This document shows, piece after piece, positions 54,138 through 64,000 of a stretch of 64,000 nucleotides of DNA. Both the position numbers and the translations under genes were made by a program. The stretch is from Octopus vulgaris (taxonomy: Eukaryota), in contig OX597834.1 in the NCBI GenBank assembly GCA_951406725.2, forward strand, positions 19,282,001 through 19,346,000, in the 5' to 3' direction. A model generated the notes under the pieces. That model saw only the letters and a program-made list of their open reading frames with translations, did no database searches and was not told the origin of the DNA. Position 1 is the first letter of the stretch. Every line of letters starts with the position of its first letter.

Positions 54138-56456
54138 AATGTCTGATGCTCTACTGGCTAAGCTTCTTGGGGATTCAGTTCTTAGAATGCAGTCATGCTG
54201 GAGCTGCCTTCACTAATTTTTAGGTCTCATATTACCCCCAAGTTGTACTTTATTTTATCGATCTATTTGATGAACTGCTAAGTTTCAGGATATGAAGAAA
54301 CGCAACATTAAGTTGTGGAGTAGATGGAAATGCATGAACTCGATACAAACAAAGGCTTCAGTATTGTTTCCATCTCCCAAATTGCTTCTGTTTGCAAGAC
54401 ATTGTTCAACTTGAAGCTATAATTTAAAACACTGGCCCAAGGTGTAGTGCTGTGAGATGGAACCCAGAACCATGTGGTTGATCAATCACGATTTATGTTC
54501 CTAACATTGGCTTAATAATAACTAAGATATTTTACTAAATTATTTTTATATACTTAAAATTAATTGAAAGTAACACAGAGCATCTCGAAATAAATACGGT
54601 AACAAAAGGGTTAAATAACTCTTCAATCATTATAACAAGAATAAATCATTCAGGAATGCATGTGGCCTAATAATTCGAGCATTGGGCTCATTATCATAAG
54701 AAAATGGTTTCAATTTCCATGCTGAGTAGAACATTGTGTCTGTGAGTCGGGCACTTCATTTCATTTACTTTAGTCTTCTCAGTTAACAGCAAATTGTATT
54801 AGCAATAGCTGGAGTTCATCTGGCAACAGATGGGCATCTTGTCCAACAGATGTCTTCAAATGCAGGGCTAGAAATTGTTCACAGCTTTATTTTTTGCTGA
54901 AGAAAGTCTGTTCCAGTAGTTCCTAGCTGCCTTATTGGTTTCTGTTCGAAGATGAATAATTAATTACATTATAATATCGCAAACTTCATATAGTATATTT
55001 TTATCATTTTTTTTTTTTTTTGATTTCAAGATTTGTCCATTTTTTATTTTGTTATTTTTGTTTTACTGTTGATTTATTTATTTATTTATTTGTGTGCCTC
55101 ATTTATTTCTGACTATATTACTTGTTTGTTTGTTTGTTTGTTACCTCAATGAACCGAGAATTTGAGCGAGCGAATTAATTATACGAGATCCCACTTCTAA
55201 TCACCCAACCGCAGCTCCTACTTCAACCCCGCCTACCCGTTCGCGCCACAGCCTCTTACACCTCCTCACCTAATCTTCACCTTCAGCCAACCAATTCCAT
55301 TTGCAACAGATCCAAGCACACCCTCGTCAGCAGTTAGGTAAAATTTATTGAACTGCTCTGTAGAAATGCAGCAACAGTTATCAATCAACTTTAATGAGAT
55401 CTCCTTCTTTACCACCTTCCTCCCTTCCTTCCTTTCTTTCTTCTCACCCCAGCCTCTTTTCCCTTCCCTTTTGTTTGTTACCACTTTATTCCTCCCATGG
55501 GGTCAGTTTGTTTGGAAAACTGTCAAATACCAGTAGAATCCAATCTTGTCACTTCCAGCTGTCGGACACTTTCTGCACGTCCTCCGCCCCCCGTAAACCC
55601 CCACCCTACCCCACCACTCCTCTCTCACCCCTCCCCATTCACATTCCTACCCCCACCTCACCCAACCACTTAATTTCAATGGTTTCTGTGCCTAACCTGT
55701 GTACAATCTATTGACAGCCACCCTGATATTCTCCTTCTTATCCTCCTCACCACCAGACTCATGATTATAAGCCTTCTGCTTCATCATCATCGCCATCATC
55801 ATCATCATTATATTCATTATTGTTCGTTGCAGTTGCAATGGAAATAAATTATAAAAGTAATCTTGGTTTATAGAATAAACTTTCCTGTTGAGAATTTCAT
55901 CTGTCAATGAATAATAAAATATTAGCTCTTTGCAGTTGGCTTCAACTGTTTCTAAAAGTGTATACACACACACACACACAGGCACATATATGTACTTGCA
56001 TAACAGTATATACACGTATCTATTATACACACACATATATGAATGAATGTGTGAATGTATGTGTATGTATATTTATATATATATGTATGCATATATGTAT
56101 ATATATAAATGTATATTTATATATATATATATATATATATGTATGCATATATGTATATATATAAATGTATATTTATATATATATATATATGTATGCATAT
56201 ATGTATATATATAAATGTATATTTATATATATATATATATGTATGCATATATGTATATATATAAATGTATATTTATATATATATATATATATATATGTAT
56301 GCATATATGTATATATATAAATGTATATATATACATACATATATATGTATATACATATATATATGTATATGCATATATATATATATATAAATGTATATAT
56401 ATACATACATATATACATACATATATATGTATATACTTATATATATATGTATATGC

Positions 56457-56488
<32 letters not shown>

Positions 56489-56518
56489 ATTTATATATGT
56501 ACATATATACATATATGC

Positions 56519-56559
<41 letters not shown>

Positions 56560-56564
<5 letters not shown>

Positions 56565-57110
56565 GTTGGACAAAATAATTGAAACACGTCAAAATTTCAA
56601 ACAAATTTATTTTAATATGGGGTAGGACTGCTTTGGCAGTAATTACAGCTTGAATTTTATAAGGTATGGACTCATACAAAGTTTGAATTCTTTCCAAAGG
56701 AATTTTTGTCCATTCTTCAGCTAAACAATCTCCAGTTCTTGTAGTGCTGATGGTGGAGGATATCGACTCCTTACTTGTTTTTCTAAAATGTTCAATAATA
56801 TTGAGATCTGGGGACTGAGGTGGCCAGATAAGATGTTCAACCGCACTAGAATGTTCTTCGTGCCATTCAGTAACAACTTTATCTGTGTGAATTGCCGCAT
56901 TATCATCCTGAAAGATTGTGTTTCCCTCTAGAAACAGTTTCGCAAGCATAGGACGAATTTGATCAGATAAAATGCTTAAATAGTCTGTTAATTCTGCCAT
57001 GAAGGGAAACCATTGGGCCAGTGGATTTCCAAGATTTAGTCCCCCAGATCATCACAGATCCTCCTCCATGTTGGAAGAAGGCAGTCTGCGTCAAATGCTT
57101 CTTTCTCTAC
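56560..57110 (-). pseudogene. Tc1-family transposon 3' part: DDE transposase fragment and one TIR
   Basis: ORF 56491-57000 contains IFQDDNAAIH and WPPQSPDLNIIEH (Tc1 DD34E motifs). TIR-like aggggttggacaaaataattgaaacac lies next to TA repeats. Confidence 0.88.
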
Positions 57111-57372
57111 ACGTATACTCAGCTGGGTGGTCAGAAATAATATTCTTCCACTACTCTAGGGACCAATTCTGTAGGTTTTTACTCCACTCTAAATGCTCTG
57201 CAACATTTGTTTTTGAAACAAACAATGTACATGTGTGAAATTACTCATTGCACCCTGGGTGGCAATTTACTCTTTGCACCCTCTGTGTGTGTATATATAT
57301 ATACAAATATATATATATACACACACACACACTCAAATTCTTGCATATATATATAAGTATGTGTGTTCATAT

Positions 57373-57795
57373 ACTCTCTTTCTCTCTTTTACTCTCTTTT
57401 ACTTGTTTCAGTCATTTAACTGCGCCATGCGGGAGCACCGCCTTTAGTCGAGCACATCAACCCCATGACTTATTCTTTGTAAGCCCAGTACTTATTCTAT
57501 CAGTCTCTTTTGCTGAACCGCTAAGTAACAGGGACATAAACACACCAGCATCAGTTGTCAAGCAATGCTAGGGGGACAAACACAGACACACAAACATACA
57601 CACGCATACATATATATATATATACATATATACGACAGTCTTCTTTCAGTTTCCGTCTACCAAATCCACTCACAAGGCTTTGGTCGGCCCGAGGCTATAG
57701 TAGAAGACACTTACCCAAGGTGCCACACAGTGGGACTGAACCCAGAACTATGTGGTTCGTAAGCAAGCTACTTACCACACAGCCACTCCTGCGCC
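57373..57795 (-). mobile_element. SINE family A, full length
   Basis: Highly similar to the copy at 41755. Confidence 0.93.
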
Positions 57796-60103
57796 TATTA
57801 TATATATATATATATGCATACACATACACATATAAAACACACATATATGCATATGTATATATATACACACACAACATAGACTCACACACACATATATATA
57901 TATACATAGTGATATGGTGCACTATTACTTTTATCCTACATTGAACCTTTGCCTCTATTTGCCTTCATTAACTGGAGTTTATATTTAAGGTGGAAAAGGT
58001 TCTGCTATCAATTATTCCCCAAGAAAGGCTCTCATCAACACAATTATCACCAACTGCTGGTGTCATTCTTTAAACTTCTCCAACGAAACCATTCCATTTC
58101 AATGATTTTATTTCCTACACTGAGGTCAACAGCCAAACTGCTCTCTTCTCTGCTATTCTGATTTAATCATACTTGGAGATTTCACTCTGTGCAAATTCTT
58201 CCTGACACTTCCCTATCTCTCATGCCAGCTCAACTGACACAAAACGCTGAAACCTTTGCTATCTGAAACAAACCTTTCTGGCTAATCCTTTTCCTTACAC
58301 TTGTTCATGAACATTCATTCGACACTATTGCTTGATTTTAAATCAAAACCTTAACCTTGTACAGCAGTTTCTGCCTGCCCTCATTTGCTCTTCTTGCTCT
58401 TTTGCTTTGACCTCTCACCTCCACACCAGAGCCAGATATCAGTAACTTACAACTATTTCTAGAATAATTTCATCATTGGAAATTACCTGTTGATTGAGCC
58501 TTCGTTACCTTTATACTGATTATTCATGACCAGAGAACCGTTCTATACTTGACTATGGCAAAGCAAGTAGCAAAATGTTTAACAAACAACTAACTCTATT
58601 TGACATGAATCAGGAGACTAAAATCTGGAAGTGGTTGGCAAAGAAATGCATCATGAAGGGATAAGCAAACAAAATAAATAAATAAATAAATAAAAGTGTC
58701 TTCATGAGGACTTTTAAATAAAAAAAAATATTAGCCATGGGGGATATAATATCCTTACAAAAGAAATATCTTCATGGCTGCTCAGGACTAGTGTGCCTTC
58801 TGTAATTTCTGAGTTCATGAAAACAAGGAAAAAGAAAATGAAAAATATTCTCATTGCACTACCAAACATATACTTTTCTACTCTAGGCACAAGGCCTGAA
58901 ATTTTGGGGGAAATGGCCAATTGATTAGGTCAAGCCCCAGTACACAACTGGTACCTAATTTATTGATCCTGAATGGATGAAAGGCAAAGTCGACCTCAGT
59001 GGAATTTGAACTCAGAATGTAAAGACAGACAAAATACCGCTAAACATTTGATGTCAGTTTAGTGTCCTTGTTTAGTGCAATTGGTGTTGATGTGTTTATG
59101 TTCCTGTAGCTTAGCAGTTTGGCAAAAGATATTGATAGAATACATACCATGCTTATAAAAAGAAGTACCGGTGTCAATTCATTTGGCTAAAATTCTTCGA
59201 GATGGTGCCCCAACATGACCACAGCCTAACAATTGAAAGATTGAAACAAATAAATGATAAAATATATATACTTACTCCTTGAGCTTCTTTCAATTACCAT
59301 CTAAGAAATGTTCTCTCAAGGCTTTGTTTGGTCCAGAGCCATGGTAGAAGACAGTTGCCCAAGGTACCACACAATGAGATTGAACCTGGAACTATGTGGT
59401 TTCGAAGCAAACTTCATAACCAAACAGCCACACCTGTGGCTATTTTGAAAATCTATATTTCAATCTGAGAAAAAAAAAAAAAATCAAACATGTCATTATG
59501 TACTCATTAACTCTGCTTCTATCGTTACAAGTAATCTTCAGGTGAAACTTAATGAAAATCCCAGAAAAACAAGAATGAGAATAAGATAATATTTTTAATT
59601 ATAAATATTTGTGTGAGTATTTGCATGAATGCACTTGTTCCTTTCCATTTTCCTGCATAAACACACACACATGCATGCGATTGCACACTTCTTTGCATGC
59701 ATTAATATTTAAAGGCTAAATGTCTGAGTTGATAAAATACTGGAGATTCACCAACTCCTAAGCCATTCTGATCATCTTCATCTGCTTTCACTTCATCTTT
59801 TATTTTTGCTTTTGTGAGTTTTCTTTAGTTTTCTTTATTTATGTATTTTCCTTTACTTTGTTTAGTTTTTATTTTGCTCGAATTTCTTTCCTTTCTACAA
59901 ACATGTTTTTGTTTTTCCTTCATGTCGCAAAAATGAAACTGGTTCTATTATCTATTCACTGGCTGAACAATTTCTTTCCAATGGAAAAAAAGCAAAAAAA
60001 AATTCTGTAAGGTTTTTATTATTACTATTATTATTATCATTATTTTATTTTCAGGGTTTCTATCTTTACACATGGAAACTTCTATAAAAGTTCAATATAT
60101 TGT

Positions 60104-60336
60104 GGAGGCGCAATGGCCCAGTGGTTAGGGCAGCGGACTTGCGGTCGGAGGATCGCGGTTTCGATTCCCAGACCGGGCGTTGTGTGTGTTTATTGAGCGA
60201 AAACACCTAAAAGCTCCACGAGGCTCCGGCAGGGGATGGTGGTGATCCCTGCTGTACTCTTTCACCACTCTAAAGGCGGTGCTCCAGCATGGCCGCGGTC
60301 GAATGACTGAAACAAGTACAAAAAAAAAAAAAAAAT
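60104..60336 (+). mobile_element. Chimeric SINE: family D head, family A tail, poly(A)
   Basis: D-like to about 60268, then ctaaaggcggtgctccagcatggccgc..gactgaaacaagta. TSD atatattgt at 60095-60103 and 60337-60345. Confidence 0.85.
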
Positions 60337-60706
60337 ATATATTGTATATAATATAGAACTTTTATAGAAGTTCCTACCGTTAATGGTTATATTTACATGC
60401 CGAAATCTACCAGTAAATAATTGTTGTTTTTTTTAAAAACCATAAAAGATATTATTTACTCTTATTATATTTACACATGGAAACTGTATTTGAGAAAATA
60501 CAGTGTTCTGGGGAACCCCTGTTGAGAAATGCTGTTCTAGAGTTATTATATAGTATCTGTCATAGTTTGCCTTACTGGAAAAAAGAATTAGCTGCTGTAC
60601 ATTTTAGTAAGAAGATTGTAATAGAATATATAAATTTAACATGAGGTATCAAGAGTAGTCCTAAGATCTGCTGGCAGACAGGAACCACTCGTTGCACAGG
60701 TAAAAA

Positions 60707-60936
60707 GGCGGCGAGCTGGCAGAATCGTTAGCACATCGGGCGAAATGCTTTGCGGTATTTCGGCTGCCGTTACGTTGTGAGTTCAAATTCCGCCGAGGTT
60801 GACTTTGCCTTTCATCCTTTCGGGGTCGATAAATTAAGTACCAGTTACGCACTGGGGTCGATGTAATCGACTTAATCTGTTTGTCTGTCCTTGCTTGTCC
60901 TCTCTGTGTTTAGCCCCTTGTGGGTAGTAAAGAAAT
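60707..60936 (+). mobile_element. SINE family B, full length, young
   Basis: TSD aggtaaaaa at 60698-60706 and 60937-60945; CpGs retained. Confidence 0.92.
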
Positions 60937-61207
60937 AGGTAAAAATGCAAAAGCTTGCCTGGTACAGTCATGTATACTGCCACACCTCCCTTTCCAAAAC
61001 CATTTCTTCAGGGCACAGTTAAGAGAGGCTGAAAGAGGGGCATATGGGAGAAAACCCTGATTTGACATCAACGTTGGGATAGGCCACAACATAGCGAACC
61101 TGCTGCACATAACAGAGAACAGAGACCAGAGAACAGAGACCAGTGGTGACAACTGACTATGAAAGAATCTAGAATGGCGTTCTAATGACTTGCTGCTTCA
61201 GTTAAGG

Positions 61208-61417
<210 letters not shown>

Positions 61418-61977
61418 TTAGAGAATAAAAATATGATCAGAAGTGGGTTTTCTACCAACTGAATTGCTGTGAAACAGTAAATTACTAAGACATTTGAAGT
61501 GTTCCAGAAAGAACCAGTCCATCATCAGTCTATGAATCTGTATGCAATCAACAGCGATGAAAACAAAAGGATTTGTTACCCAGGGGTCGTTTAATGTCAG
61601 TGAACACTTCCATACTCTTATTACATTGATCTTTCGTTGAGATGTGTTAAAATGTCAAAAACATGGCTTGAACACTTGGCAATTGTTGATCATAGGTTGC
61701 TTCCAAGAAGCAGAATAATATGGAAATATAACATTTATTGTTGTTGTTGATTTTTTTTTTTTGGTTTGAACAATACAATTTAGTGGGGTCAAGTTCGGAT
61801 GAGGTGGTTGGGGCTGTTTCTGCATCAAGTCTTGTTTTTTTGGGGTTTGTTTTTTTTTTGTTATCATAGCAGATCTTGGAAGTGTCATTGTTATTCTTAA
61901 ATGTTACTGCTGCCTTTATTCATAAAGGACTGCTTATTATTATATCATACATATCTGAGGTTAGAAGCAACCACATA

Positions 61978-62033
<56 letters not shown>

Positions 62034-62102
62034 CATACATACATATATTTACACATACATACATACATATATATTTATATATATATACACACACATACAT
62101 AC

Positions 62103-62136
<34 letters not shown>

Positions 62137-62169
62137 ACATACATATATATGTATGTGTATATATATATA

Positions 62170-62219
<50 letters not shown>

Positions 62220-62669
62220 TCTACATATGTACATGCTTATATGTATGTGTGTGTGTGTGTATATAGATGTATATATACACATAACACGTATATGTCTATA
62301 TATATAGAGAGAGAGACAGAGAAATACACACACACAAACACACACACATTTCAGTCACTACATGTCTTTCGATCTTAATAATATTTTCTTCAAGTGACAT
62401 GGACTTTAAAATGTCATATAATCTAGAGATCCAGTCATCGAAAGCATCGGGTTGATTGCTAAACTGACCTAAACGCTCAGTAATCACCTTATCATGACTT
62501 ATCTTGAGGGCATATTTTTCAACTTAACAATGAAAATATAAACCAAGTTACCATCATTATCATCAACAACCTTTAAACATTAACGACTTAAGCCTTAGGA
62601 CTCATATAACCAGTTACCCAGTTTTTATAACGTTTAAAGGACCAAGTGCATACCAGTACCTCTGAACAG

Positions 62670-62830
62670 CATGCCAGCTGGTTGCAGGGTTATTCATTTA
62701 CAGCTGAGTGGACTGGAGCTATGTGAAATGATGTATTTTACACAAGAATATGAGGCACCATCTGGTCTGGGAATTGAAACCAGGATCTCTTGATCATGTG
62801 TGAAACACCCTAACCACTGGGCCATGAGCC
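62670..62830 (-). mobile_element. Old tRNA-derived SINE with a CORE-like central region
   Basis: The minus strand reads tggcccagtggttaggg..ggtttcaattccc..ctccagtccactcagctgtaaatga. A similar decayed copy lies at about 54655-54845. Confidence 0.55.
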
Positions 62831-62949
62831 ATCACTTATCATCACATGGACATGAAATGTTTTGAAAAGACATTCAATCAAGAAAAAGTAGGCTTTATTT
62901 GATAAATCTTCAAGAATATTGACTTTACAGCACTGTACTGATTTCTGAC

Positions 62950-63180
62950 AGAACGTGGTTGATACCATTGCTGCACGATTGGCTCCTGTGCTGTTGGCAT
63001 GTAAAAAGCACCCACTACACTCTTGGAGTAGATGGCATTAGGAAGGGTGTCCAGCTGTAGAAATCTTGCCAGATCAGATTGGAACCTGGTGCAGCCTACT
63101 GGCTTGCCAGTCCTCCATCAAACCGTCCAACCCATGCCAGCATGGAAAACGGACGTTAAACAATGACAATGATGATGGTG
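62950..63180 (+). mobile_element. Retroposon family C 3' end
   Basis: aaaagcacccactacactc..ccaacccatgccagcatggaaaacggacgttaaa. Confidence 0.85.
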
Positions 63181-64000
63181 ATACAAGGCCCCAGATTTAG
63201 TGAATAGGTACAGACAATTAGGTTGAACCCCATTATTCAACTGGTACTTATTTTTTCTTTCCCAAAAGGATGAAAAACAAAGCTGACTTTGGTGAGATGT
63301 GAACTCATAATGCTAAGCCTTGCAACTAAATACCACAAAGAATTTTGTCTGTTGCTCGACTGAGACAGCCACTGACTGTATTGATAACAGTAATGATATG
63401 TAGTCTGTTCTTTTGGCTGCTCTACAAAACATCAATTATCCATTGATTTGATTCAATTGCCGAGTTTCTATTCATTAATGGCAGATCATACAAAAACATT
63501 GCTTTCAGAACAATGGAGTAAGTCTGGTAATAAGTCTCTGGTAAATATTTATTCTCTTCATAACAATGGATCGTTTCATAAATATTTAGAAAGTCTCAGC
63601 ATTATGTGCCAAGTTTGGAATCAGTGTTCTTTATGCTTCTCTCAAAAGGCATTATAATCTTCAGTTCCCTGTTATTTCCATTTAACAATACAACTTTCAT
63701 TTCCTTGTTTGTTTAACATCTGTTTCCTTTATGCTGGCAGGAGTTTGCATGGATAGTTATTTAAGACAGGATTTTACAGCTGTGTGCTTTTCCTGTTGCC
63801 TACTCTTAGCTGTTTTCCCAGTGAGAGATTTATTAGGCAAACCTATGAAAGTGCAGAGCAACCACTCACAGGGTCAACAAGTAATGTCAACAGCAGCACT
63901 GCTTCACTCAAACAGTAACAAGTGCAGAACATAAGCAACTCCCCTCCCCCACATACACACACTTACATGTGTATATTTACTTGCAGCTGCTTTCCATCTA

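Noticed and set aside
57960-58600. Possible LINE apurinic endonuclease relic (IILGDF near 58170)
   Set aside because: A single short motif amid many stops; plausible but too decayed to call by eye.

Overview
AT-rich, repeat-saturated eukaryotic DNA, intronic or intergenic. The microsatellite density and SINE sequences look like an octopus (coleoid cephalopod) genome; this is an inference from recalled repeat families, not a database result. No confidently identifiable host gene is present. Almost all ORFs in the track are translations of (TA)n/(CA)n/(TACA)n microsatellites, SINEs or a 3 kb satellite. The window holds four or five SINE/retroposon families, fragments of CR1-like, RTE, R4/Dong and Penelope-like (PLE) retroelements, Tc1 and hAT transposase relics, mariner-, piggyBac- and TTAGGG-type MITEs, non-autonomous Helitrons, and a 19/30-bp satellite with a 398-bp higher-order repeat. 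The most notable signal is about nine type I hammerhead ribozyme (HHR) motifs or half-motifs, most with palindromic stem III. Most sit in short elements inside microsatellites, two elements carry them as long inverted repeats, one follows a decayed PLE GIY-YIG ORF, and one has a G3-C8 swap of the core C3-G8 pair. A few weak exon candidates and several probable assembly artefacts are also noted.
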